32,212 nucleotides of DNA from a virus (IMGVR_UViG_3300030372_004043:1-32212), one strand, 5' to 3'; shown: positions 1 through 8,107, numbered from the stretch's first letter. The notes: a model not told the origin generated them from the sequence alone. A program made the numbers and translations.

Positions 1-80
1 CTCTTTCTGCTAACACTATACTATCAGTATCAAACTTTGTCTCATTTGTTTCAATTGCTATTCTCATTGCCTGTGCTTGT
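1..80. repeat. 80-bp terminal direct repeat, left copy (circular assembly overlap)
   Basis: Identical to 32133-32212. An ORF reads in frame through the junction. Confidence 0.97.
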
Positions 81-322
81 GTTATCTTTCCTAAGTTATA
101 TGAGTGTGCACTTTTTATATCTAATGCCTTTAAAACACTTAATCTATGATTACCATTTACTACTTCAAAGAACCCAGTATCTAATTCTCTTATTATTATA
201 TTTTCTATCTGTCCGTTTCTCTTAATGTTTTCAGTTAATTTTTCTTGTTTTGCAGGATCTTCTGTTTTGTAATTCCAATCTGCTTTAATTAACTTTTCAG
301 TAGGTATTTCTATAAACCCCAT
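1..322 (-). CDS. ParB/Srx-like protein, N-terminal part (continues across the junction into 32132..31819; 211 aa total)
   Basis: Manual translation from ATG at 322: MGFIEIPTEKLIKADWNYK...LTENIKRNGQIENIIIRELDTGFFEVVNGNHRLSVLKAL...QAQAMRIAIETNE. It has the ParB G-x-H-R motif and is in frame with ORF 31819..32199. Confidence 0.88.
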   Translation of the reverse strand, partial: MGFIEIPTEKLIKADWNYKTEDPAKQEKLTENIKRNGQIENIIIRELDTGFFEVVNGNHRLSVLKALDIKSAHSYNLGKITQAQAMRIAIETNETKFDTDSIVLAER

Positions 323-1188
323 TTTATATTTCTTTGTTCCCATAATTTAGTATAGTATTTGGTTGCTAATTTATATGCCTTTATTCCTAAGTGTAGTAAA
401 TAATGCCTTGCTGTTTTTTTATCTTTACAATATAGTTTATCTAAATCTATATCTTTTATTATTTTAAGTAGTTTTTCTTTTTTTATGTTTTTTCCAAAAT
501 CAATTTTTTCTACAAATGTTTTATTGAAATATGGTATAGTTCCATACTGCACTCCTGCTTTCCATGTTGTGCTATCTACTGAATAAAATGGATATTTTTT
601 TAACACTTCTCTTTTTGTCATTGCGAAACCATGAACTCTTACTCCTTGATCATAGGCAATCTTAATTAGTTTATTATATGGTAATCTTTTTCTATTACTC
701 CTATCCCCCTCTAATGCTATATACTTGCTTTCGCTATCCTTTAGCATGTTTTTATAGTCATTCATTGACATTACTGAGGGGTGGTATACACTTACACACT
801 TAGAATATAAACCATTCTTTTTTAATGTTTCTCTCCATTCTCTTACTTTATCTTGTCCTACAATTTCGCCTATATCTAATTCAGCAAAATAGTCATAATG
901 TTTGTAGTTCTTTTTTAACCAAATGACATATTTTTTAAAATAATCTTCTGGTGTTTCTTTTGTTTTGCTTTTCTTAGAATGCACTCCTGCATTAGCTAAA
1001 CTTTCATCTTCACTAAAAAATGTATGAGCACCACTATCAACAAATACTATCTTGTGATAATCTTTTGCGCCATCAATTAACTTTTTCTTACTATTACGCA
1101 TATAGTAATAACTATAAAAAGCATAATCAATTGATCCCTTTAATTCTGAGGAATCTCCGCCCTCTACTCCTGCTAAGTATATTTTCAT
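310..1188 (-). CDS. dpdA: DpdA/TGT-like 7-deazaguanine DNA transglycosylase
   Basis: TGT-family motifs in order: FVDSGAHTF (DSGG-like), ELD, VHGFAM, SVDSTTW (catalytic Asp region). No C-terminal Zn site. Lies in an operon with folE/queD/queE. Confidence 0.78.
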   Translation of the reverse strand: MKIYLAGVEGGDSSELKGSIDYAFYSYYYMRNSKKKLIDGAKDYHKIVFVDSGAHTFFSEDESLANAGVHSKKSKTKETPEDYFKKYVIWLKKNYKHYDYFAELDIGEIVGQDKVREWRETLKKNGLYSKCVSVYHPSVMSMNDYKNMLKDSESKYIALEGDRSNRKRLPYNKLIKIAYDQGVRVHGFAMTKREVLKKYPFYSVDSTTWKAGVQYGTIPYFNKTFVEKIDFGKNIKKEKLLKIIKDIDLDKLYCKDKKTARHYLLHLGIKAYKLATKYYTKLWEQRNIKWGL

Positions 1189-2162
1189 TTAAACCATTTA
1201 GTTATGTCAAAATAATAATTAGGTGATGTCTGTTCTAATTCGCCCTCTAATGCACTTACAACCATATCTACACACTCAGTAAAATTAGTGTATAAATACT
1301 CTTTACTATAAAATTCAGTATAAACTAATCTATTTGGTAAGATAGGTATGCAACCTAATTCTACTGCTTCATTGATTCCTATTCCAAAATTTTCCTGCAA
1401 TGCAAAACTAACTACTACTTTTGATTTGCCTAATAATTCATAATAATCATCTTTTGAGTAATTATTTTTATGAGTGTTTATAAATTTAAAACCTTTAATT
1501 GCCTGCCCATATCTTTGAACTACCTTTTTTTCTAATTCATCAAATAGCCAAGGTTGTTTCTCATCAACATTTCTACCATTAAATATGACTATATTTTCTT
1601 TTGCATTTTGTCTGTATTTAATATAATTGTCTTTATCCAAGGGCAAACCAGTCACTATTAACTTATCTTCATTGATTATTCTTTTTTTAATGACATCATT
1701 TTTAATAAAATTTGAAGCTACAAACACTTTGTCTGTTATATCAAACACCATGTCCTCAAAATTCTTTGCCCATCTCTCCATGTCTCTGACAAAATCTGTA
1801 TCTGTAAAACTACCTGCATGTAAAAAACCTCTTAATTTTACATTCTTTTTAGTAAAGTAATTTAAATAAGCAATACTTTCAATACCAGGAAACCATATGT
1901 CAGAAGTAAAAATTATGTCTCCATCTCTTATAGTATTATTATAATACATCTTAGATATTTCTGCTATTTGTTTAGATTTAAACTCAATTGTTGTAGGTGC
2001 ATCTAAAAAACTACCATCTTTTATTTCTCTTTTTTCTATGTTAGGATAAACTTTTATATAGTCATAATTGTTCTTATCTAAATAGTCAGTTATAATTCTG
2101 TCTAAATAAACAGTGTATCTCATGTCTATATGTTCTAATGGTAAATATATTATTCTTTGCAT
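1185..2162 (-). CDS. GT-B fold (GT4-like) glycosyltransferase
   Basis: VIFNGRNVDEKQP and the E-x7-E signature QENFGIGINEAVELGCIPILPN. Confidence 0.85.
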   Translation of the reverse strand: MQRIIYLPLEHIDMRYTVYLDRIITDYLDKNNYDYIKVYPNIEKREIKDGSFLDAPTTIEFKSKQIAEISKMYYNNTIRDGDIIFTSDIWFPGIESIAYLNYFTKKNVKLRGFLHAGSFTDTDFVRDMERWAKNFEDMVFDITDKVFVASNFIKNDVIKKRIINEDKLIVTGLPLDKDNYIKYRQNAKENIVIFNGRNVDEKQPWLFDELEKKVVQRYGQAIKGFKFINTHKNNYSKDDYYELLGKSKVVVSFALQENFGIGINEAVELGCIPILPNRLVYTEFYSKEYLYTNFTECVDMVVSALEGELEQTSPNYYFDITKWFK

Positions 2163-2473
2163 ATCTCTGCTCCGTTTTCGTTATCCTCTAACACTTGACA
2201 ATAGTTTAAGTCAAACTCGATCATTAACTCTCTTGCAATCATCTCGCAACTCATTGTTCCAAAATTACCATTATACTTTGATTCTAAGTATTTGATAATC
2301 AGCTCTTTAAACATTATTATTTCTATTTCTCTGTCATCATGATTAACCTCTTTCTTACAAGTTATATAAAAAGTATGCCTGTGCATATCTCTTAAGTATT
2401 TAACTTCTTCAAGAGGACAATCTTTCCAACAGTGCAAACCTGCATAAGTTAACTTTACTACTATACTTGTCAT
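2150..2473 (-). CDS. Second QueD/PTPS-like T-fold protein (candidate CDG-processing enzyme, possibly DpdL-like)
   Basis: His (GLHC) plus HxH (MHRHTF) Zn-ligand pattern, SCEMIA helix and terminal EDNENGA strand. Divergent from the canonical queD upstream. Confidence 0.6.
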   Translation of the reverse strand: MTSIVVKLTYAGLHCWKDCPLEEVKYLRDMHRHTFYITCKKEVNHDDREIEIIMFKELIIKYLESKYNGNFGTMSCEMIARELMIEFDLNYCQVLEDNENGAEICKE

Positions 2474-3342
2474 GACTTCATTAATTTAAAAAATTCATCT
2501 TTAATAGGTTTCTTTAAAAAGTCACCTCTTAGAGCTGAGGTAGTCGTGTATGTTCCATGCTTTTTAACCCCCCGCATTTCCATGCACATGTGCTTTGCTT
2601 TCAAAACACATCCTACCCCTTTTGGCTCTAATACTTTCATCAAATAATCTACTACTTGATTTGTTATTCTTTCTTGATTTTGTAATCTGCGACTATACTT
2701 TTCTAATGTCCTTGCTAATTTACTTAATCCTACTATTTTTTTGTCAGGAAGATATGCTATATATCCTGTTCCAAAGAACGGTGCTAAGTGGTGTTCGCAT
2801 ACACTATGAAAAGGTATGTTTGTTTGGATAATCATTTGGTCATAACCCTCTGCACTAAAAGTAGTTGGATTAAAATCAGGTGGACTTAAAAACTCATTCC
2901 AAAACTTTATATATCTTTTAGGTGTTTCTTTCAATCCCTCTCTATTAGCGTCTTGTCCAAAGTATTGTAATAATCTAACAACATTATCCTCTACCTCTTT
3001 TTTGCCTGTATGTTCCCAAGGAAATACTAACCAATGATTTATGAACTTTCTATTTCTTTTATCAAATAAAAAATAGTAATCTTTTTCAGGATACATTTTC
3101 TTCCAATGTTGATAAGTTTTTCCACTATCGTATAAGTCATCTACTATAATGTCAGCTAATTCTGGTGCATTAACTACCTCTATTTTTTCATTGCAAAAAC
3201 CAAGCATACCTGCAACAACTTGTCCGCCTCTTGGTATACCATACACCTTATGCTTTTTATTGTCTAATTGGTTTAGTATACTGTCAATTGCAGTATATAC
3301 CATTGACCAAGATATAACTATACTCCTGTTGTTTGATTCCAT
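2470..3342 (-). CDS. folE: Fusion of a type I phosphoribosyltransferase (Gpt-like) and GTP cyclohydrolase I
   Basis: N-terminal part: YGIPRGG, IIVDDLYDSGKT (PRPP loop), WLVFPWE. C-terminal part: REGLKETPKR, SVCEHHLAPF, GLSKLAR, LQNQER, HMCMEMRGV. Confidence 0.93.
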   Translation of the reverse strand: MESNNRSIVISWSMVYTAIDSILNQLDNKKHKVYGIPRGGQVVAGMLGFCNEKIEVVNAPELADIIVDDLYDSGKTYQHWKKMYPEKDYYFLFDKRNRKFINHWLVFPWEHTGKKEVEDNVVRLLQYFGQDANREGLKETPKRYIKFWNEFLSPPDFNPTTFSAEGYDQMIIQTNIPFHSVCEHHLAPFFGTGYIAYLPDKKIVGLSKLARTLEKYSRRLQNQERITNQVVDYLMKVLEPKGVGCVLKAKHMCMEMRGVKKHGTYTTTSALRGDFLKKPIKDEFFKLMKS

Positions 3343-4052
3343 ATTATTATTTGTAATCTTGTAGAAAAATTAAATCCATACTTCATGCACCATTCTACTG
3401 TTTGTTTTGTGTTTTGTTTTAGTTCGTTTTGATCACTAGCAGAGGGCATTAGATAAACTTTATTTGGAAATATATTGCATTTATCTACTATTGACATAAC
3501 CTCGCTTAGATCATCTTCATTACTAACTACAAACTTAAATATACTTCTTGTCAAATTTAAAAAGTTTAATGTGTCAGGTTTATATCTTCTTTTTAAATCT
3601 TCTCCACTATTTGATAGTTTTGGACTGCAGTTATATAAATCGATATAAGTAAATAGTTTTCCTTTAGGAGTTATTGTTCCATTAGTTTCAATTTCAATAA
3701 ATGGCTTATAACCCAAATGATCAACAAGCATTTCTATAAAAGGTTCTAGTGCTTTTTGCTGTAATAATGGTTCTCCGCCTGTTATTATTAGGTGTGCACC
3801 ATTATAGAAATCTTTTTCATATTGCATGAGTTCAGCAACGACTTCTTCTATAGGTAATTTTCTGCCTGTTCTCCATACCTCTATACTATCACATCTCCAA
3901 GTTGCGCCATTGTGAAGTTTAAAATCTTTTTCCGTTCCTCTACCACCGCACATTAAGTTGCAAGCAGTTAATCTTAAAAAAACTGCAGGTATTCCCATTG
4001 TCTTGCCCTCGCCTTGTATTGAGTAAAAATGTTCGCTAATTGCTAAGTTCAT
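3318..4052 (-). CDS. queE: 7-carboxy-7-deazaguanine synthase (radical SAM)
   Basis: FYSIQGEG, VFLRLTACNLMC...WRCDS, ITGGEPLLQ, IETNGT, SPKL, RLQIIIW. Confidence 0.93.
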   Translation of the reverse strand: MNLAISEHFYSIQGEGKTMGIPAVFLRLTACNLMCGGRGTEKDFKLHNGATWRCDSIEVWRTGRKLPIEEVVAELMQYEKDFYNGAHLIITGGEPLLQQKALEPFIEMLVDHLGYKPFIEIETNGTITPKGKLFTYIDLYNCSPKLSNSGEDLKRRYKPDTLNFLNLTRSIFKFVVSNEDDLSEVMSIVDKCNIFPNKVYLMPSASDQNELKQNTKQTVEWCMKYGFNFSTRLQIIIWNQTTGV

Positions 4053-4458
4053 AACTAACTATACTTGATGTTGTTTCTTGTAAGGTTATTTTTTTAATTG
4101 GTAAATGTTTGTTGACTTTTTTAAATATCATCTTAGATAAATTTTCTGCACTTGTAGTATTGTCCATGATGAACAACTTAAGATTCGTTTTTTCTTGTTT
4201 GCAGAACAGATTAATATATTTAAGCAATGGATCGTTTCTGTGTATTAATAACGAGTGATCTAATTCTTTAATTATTGGATCAACTATTTTATCTATATCA
4301 CTAAATAAAAAAGTTATACCTGTTTTATTGTCATAATCAAAACTAAAAAACATATTAATATAATAGGTGTGTCCATGTAAATTGAAGCATTTATCTTTTA
4401 AATTTTCGTTTCTGTGTCCTGCGTAAAAGTGGTATTTCTTTTTTATTTTGTATTGCAT
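4036..4458 (-). CDS. queD: 6-carboxy-5,6,7,8-tetrahydropterin synthase
   Basis: FYAGHR, KCFNLHGHTY, LDHSLL, TSAENL, QETTSS. Confidence 0.92.
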   Translation of the reverse strand: MQYKIKKKYHFYAGHRNENLKDKCFNLHGHTYYINMFFSFDYDNKTGITFLFSDIDKIVDPIIKELDHSLLIHRNDPLLKYINLFCKQEKTNLKLFIMDNTTSAENLSKMIFKKVNKHLPIKKITLQETTSSIVSYELSN

Positions 4459-4808
4459 GACTTAGAGTATATTTTTTTTAAATTATCTAATACTTTCACA
4501 TTGCAACTACCACAACTAGACCATTGAGGTTGCTCTTTAAATACCGCTTTATATAATACTGACAAGGTTTTTTTCTCATCAGGATTGATCATGTTTTTTT
4601 TCTCAACAACTGGTAAAATTTCCTCAAATATCTTTTTTTCTGATTCATTAAATGATCTTAAATTTTTAAAGTTTGGAAACATTTGGTTAAGTTTTTTCTT
4701 TCTTTCATCACATCCACAATCTTCTCCAAAGACAGATTTAACTAATTTTTTTAAACCGCTCCACTCAGTAAATTTTTCTATTTTATCTCCTAATCCTTTT
4801 TCTACCAT
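4443..4808 (-). CDS. Phage hypothetical protein, probably metal-binding
   Basis: GLGDKIEKFT...DCGCDERKKKLN and CGSC motifs. Overlaps the queD start. Confidence 0.75.
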   Translation of the reverse strand: MVEKGLGDKIEKFTEWSGLKKLVKSVFGEDCGCDERKKKLNQMFPNFKNLRSFNESEKKIFEEILPVVEKKNMINPDEKKTLSVLYKAVFKEQPQWSSCGSCNVKVLDNLKKIYSKSCNTK

Positions 4809-4876
4809 ATCGCTAATGCTAATAAAACTAAAACTGTTCCTGTTGTTATTGCAACTATTATGTCTTCAATTTTCAT
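4802..4876 (-). CDS. 24-aa single-transmembrane micropeptide (not in ORF track)
   Basis: MKIEDIIVAITTGTVLVLLALAIW*. Fills the gap and overlaps both neighbours. Confidence 0.55.
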   Translation of the reverse strand: MKIEDIIVAITTGTVLVLLALAIW

Positions 4877-5420
4877 CTTTAAGTTTGTTTTTAATGTTAG
4901 TAATTGATTTATACAAAGTATTTCTATTTATGCCTGTTTCTTTAGATAATGTATTTAAAGAATGATTTAAAAGATAGTAAACTCTAAATACCTCAGCATC
5001 AAACCAGTTATATTCTTTCAATTGTTTTTCTATCTTTTCTAACTGTTCTTCTGTTTTAATTTTCTCTTTTATATTGTCAGTTTGTTCTATATTATTTAAC
5101 CAATGTTCTGTCCATAGAATACTGGTGTTATAATTCATATTTACATGCTTATAATACTTTTTATATTTGTAATAATAAGGAGAGGTGCTAGAATGAAATT
5201 GATTGATCATTATTCTGACTATAAAAAAAATTAACTTCTCATCATTTATTAGTTTAGTTATTTTTTTAGGATCAATTTTATATACTATTTCTACCGTTTC
5301 ATGTAGTAGGTCGTCTGCATCTGTAGTTTTTTCTGTTAAATGCTTAGAGCCTGTTATTGTTTTAGATATAGATAATAACTTATCATAATTTTTAGTAAAA
5401 AAGTCATCTAATTTTGACAA
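4866..5420 (-). CDS. ECF/sigma70-like transcription factor
   Basis: Region-2-like DADDLLHET...FFIVRIMINQF and C-terminal HTH SLNTLSKETGINRNTLYKSITNIK. Confidence 0.7.
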   Translation of the reverse strand: MSKLDDFFTKNYDKLLSISKTITGSKHLTEKTTDADDLLHETVEIVYKIDPKKITKLINDEKLIFFIVRIMINQFHSSTSPYYYKYKKYYKHVNMNYNTSILWTEHWLNNIEQTDNIKEKIKTEEQLEKIEKQLKEYNWFDAEVFRVYYLLNHSLNTLSKETGINRNTLYKSITNIKNKLKDEN

Positions 5421-5695
5421 AACTTATAAAGTGTTGGTGTTCCTATATTTAATAACATATCATATTCTGCTTTAGATATCTTGCTATATTCTGTATATTT
5501 CACACTTCCAATTCTTTCTCTAATCAATGAGAAAGGATTCTTTAATTGTTTCAAATCTCTAAAAATAAAATTACTTTCTTCGTTATTTTCGGTAATAATT
5601 GTTAACAACCAATTGTTAGTATCTGTATAGTTCCAGTGTAAACCATATTTTCTAGTATTAAAAAAAGTTGGTTTAATTTTTGGATTATTCAACAT
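5408..5695 (-). CDS. Hypothetical protein
   Basis: Coupled ORF in the operon. Confidence 0.7.
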   Translation of the reverse strand: MLNNPKIKPTFFNTRKYGLHWNYTDTNNWLLTIITENNEESNFIFRDLKQLKNPFSLIRERIGSVKYTEYSKISKAEYDMLLNIGTPTLYKFCQN

Positions 5696-6053
5696 TTAAT
5701 TCTGATATTTTGCCTGACAAGTATCTTTCTATTACTTCTATTGTTTCATCAAAACCATAAGTTATTTCTGCAACATAATTTCTATGATTCAATTTATCTC
5801 GCCAATCTATTTGATGTTTAGTAGGTCTACCTTTTTTTATTTTAATTTCAATTGCTAAACCATGATATGGATCTACTGGTTCATATATAAACAAATCAGG
5901 AAAGCCTTTTATATATCCAGTTGCTTTCATTTTTACCGCCTGTTTAAATGATGTCCTAACACCACCTGCACTTGCACAATATAATAACTTAGGATATTTA
6001 AGATTAATCCATTTAATAACATTTTTCTGTAATTGATATTCTTTAGTCCTCAT
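5685..6053 (-). CDS. VRR-NUC (PD-(D/E)xK) nuclease, probable resolvase
   Basis: EYQLQ, KGFPDLFI, AIEIKIKKGRPTKHQ. Confidence 0.85.
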   Translation of the reverse strand: MRTKEYQLQKNVIKWINLKYPKLLYCASAGGVRTSFKQAVKMKATGYIKGFPDLFIYEPVDPYHGLAIEIKIKKGRPTKHQIDWRDKLNHRNYVAEITYGFDETIEVIERYLSGKISELNVE

Positions 6054-6303
6054 AATGTTTTAAATGTGTAAGGTGTATTACTTTTACTATTTCATTAAAA
6101 TCTTTTTCTTTCTCTGCTCTTATATGACATAATCGACATAAAGCCACAAGGTTAGCAATAAAATCTTTTTTTTTACTACCCCCCATTCCTCGTGGCTCTA
6201 TGTGATGAATATCTACCGCCCTTTGTCTACATACCTCGCACTCAATAAAGTCATCTAATACATATCCAAAGTGTTGCATATAAACCTTAGTGTGTTTTTT
6301 CAT
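6043..6303 (-). CDS. HNH endonuclease
   Basis: CEVC...DIHHIEPRGMGG...NLVALCRLCH. Likely start is MKKHTK at 6303. Confidence 0.85.
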   Translation of the reverse strand: MKKHTKVYMQHFGYVLDDFIECEVCRQRAVDIHHIEPRGMGGSKKKDFIANLVALCRLCHIRAEKEKDFNEIVKVIHLTHLKHYED

Positions 6304-6439
6304 GTTTTCTATTCTTTCGGATGTGCATGTCATCATTAATTCCTTTTAAATAAAAATTACCATTACAGAACATACATTTACCCTCTTTGATCAATGACAT
6401 TCTAACACACCTACAGCAAAACCTAAATACTTGACTCAT
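6287..6439 (-). CDS. Small zinc-finger-like protein
   Basis: MSQVFRFCCRC...CMFC. Start at 6439 overlaps the upstream gene end. Confidence 0.55.
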   Translation of the reverse strand: MSQVFRFCCRCVRMSLIKEGKCMFCNGNFYLKGINDDMHIRKNRKHEKTH

Positions 6440-7214
6440 AACTTTTCTTTTTAGTCCACACCATTCCTGCATTTGGAGAGTAAACACTCGACCACCCTAA
6501 TGACTTTAAATGATCATAGTATTCTGTTCGCTTAGATTCATCATCTAATTTTCTGCTAAACTCTTTATCCCAATAATCAGGAAATTTATTTTTACTTGAC
6601 TTATTAAATTGTGAATTAGACCAACGATCCATTCTTCTTTTCAAACTCCATGTTTGTTGTAATTCAAACCTTAATCTTGTGTTAGATTTATTAGGTTCGC
6701 TCCAATAATCATAGAAACTCTTTTTATCTTCTTCTGAAGCATCTAAACTATAAACTTCATTCTTAAAAGCAATTGATCGTTTTTCTAAAAGTTTTTCTTG
6801 TTTTATTTTATCTGTTTTAATGTTATTTAATTTACTATTATTTAATTTAATAGTATTGCCCTCGCTATGCGACTGCTTATTTTCCCATCTTTTTTTAGCA
6901 TTTTCAGAAGCTCTTGCACTCTTTTTTACTATTTGTCCTATCGTTTCATTTAAACGAGCAGAATAAAAAGAATTGTCATTAACAACAAAGAGATCATAAT
7001 TTTTAATTACTGCACTTAAAACCTTGCTTTCGCATTGTAAACTAAATGCTATGGTATCTATGTCATCAATGTTGATCATGTTCTTGTCTGAAAATAACAT
7101 TTCTAACAAACAAAAGTAAATACCATATCCCTCTAAACCTAAATCTTTTCTTAATCTAACGACTTTTATATCGTTCCTCGCATTTGAATCATGCGGAAAG
7201 TATGTCTGTTTCAT
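6423..7214 (-). CDS. Replication initiator-like protein (DUF4373/Lin1244-type N-terminal domain)
   Basis: YFPHDSNARND...LGLEGYGIYFCLLEML, AKKRW helix, repeat linker, FYDYWSE C-terminal domain. Confidence 0.75.
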   Translation of the reverse strand: MKQTYFPHDSNARNDIKVVRLRKDLGLEGYGIYFCLLEMLFSDKNMINIDDIDTIAFSLQCESKVLSAVIKNYDLFVVNDNSFYSARLNETIGQIVKKSARASENAKKRWENKQSHSEGNTIKLNNSKLNNIKTDKIKQEKLLEKRSIAFKNEVYSLDASEEDKKSFYDYWSEPNKSNTRLRFELQQTWSLKRRMDRWSNSQFNKSSKNKFPDYWDKEFSRKLDDESKRTEYYDHLKSLGWSSVYSPNAGMVWTKKKSYESSI

Positions 7215-7471
7215 ATTTCTATCTTTTTTAATGTTGGATTACTATCGGCATCAATGATTGGTTTACCTTTATATAACTTTGTTCTGAGATTTAAAATTTC
7301 ATCTCCACTTTCTGCATGGTGCAAAATGTTGCTCCACTTAAAAAAGTTTCTAAAATTATCTCCTATGCAAGTCCTATAACTTTTACCATCTTCGCCCTTT
7401 AAAAATATATAGTAAAAAAAGCCACCATACTGTGATGGCTTTTTACTGTGTTTCAAATATGTCGCTCTCAT
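7211..7471 (-). CDS. Hypothetical protein
   Basis: ATGA-coupled ORF. Confidence 0.7.
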   Translation of the reverse strand: MRATYLKHSKKPSQYGGFFYYIFLKGEDGKSYRTCIGDNFRNFFKWSNILHHAESGDEILNLRTKLYKGKPIIDADSNPTLKKIEI

Positions 7472-7869
7472 GAGAAAGGTAAAATTTCAGGTTTTCCATT
7501 TTTTAACCTATTATACCATTCTACTGCAACTTCTTCTACTTCTGAATTAGTTATTAATTTATGACATAATTGCAAATTAGCTATATTTAAACTTTGAGCC
7601 CATCTTATGTTTTCTTGCACATCTGATCCACTACTTGAATAATTTGCTTTAGGTTGGAAATTATTAACAGGTTTTATTTTTGGATATTGACCATCAATAA
7701 ATTCATACTCAGTTGTTTCTCCCTCTTTAAATTTACATTCTTGAGATTTTGACATGTTTTCTCCTAAGTCTCCGTTTTCCATTTCAATTTCAAACTTATA
7801 CATTAGTCCAAACTTGCCTTCCCAAGTTCCATTACCAGTTACTCTGGCTACTTTAGATGTTTTGATCAT
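7468..7869 (-). CDS. Putative ssDNA-binding protein
   Basis: Beta-rich OB-like N-terminus, C-terminal LPF tail, position in the replication block. Confidence 0.45.
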   Translation of the reverse strand: MIKTSKVARVTGNGTWEGKFGLMYKFEIEMENGDLGENMSKSQECKFKEGETTEYEFIDGQYPKIKPVNNFQPKANYSSSGSDVQENIRWAQSLNIANLQLCHKLITNSEVEEVAVEWYNRLKNGKPEILPFS

Positions 7870-8107
7870 AATTCTGTTCTTTATTTAAGGTTATTTTAAG
7901 ATCAATAAGGAGAACCTTACATATTGATCTTAATTTTTTAATACTTAATTCTTCTGGGTTCTCTAAATACTTTAACACTGTTGGATAACTTATATCTAAC
8001 ATAAATGCTAAATTCTTCTTATTTATTGTTTCTTTTTGCATTGCTAATCTAATGTAAGATTGCAATTCTTTCTCTGTTTTCAAATTAATTTTAAGCATAT
8101 TTCTCAT
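7853..8107 (-). CDS. Cro/CI-like HTH DNA-binding protein
   Basis: NKKNLAFMLDISYPTVLKYLENP...KLRSICKVL. Confidence 0.7.
   Translation of the reverse strand: MRNMLKINLKTEKELQSYIRLAMQKETINKKNLAFMLDISYPTVLKYLENPEELSIKKLRSICKVLLIDLKITLNKEQNYDQNI

Noticed and set aside
310-1188. ORF as a canonical tRNA-guanine transglycosylase
   Set aside because: It lacks the TPxFMPVGT N-terminus and the CxCxxC Zn site, no tRNA genes were seen, and the context favours DNA. The substrate remains unproven.
2150-2473. ORF as QueF or QueC
   Set aside because: No QueF E(S/L)K(S/A)xK motif and no SGGxDS PP-loop; the His pattern is QueD-like.
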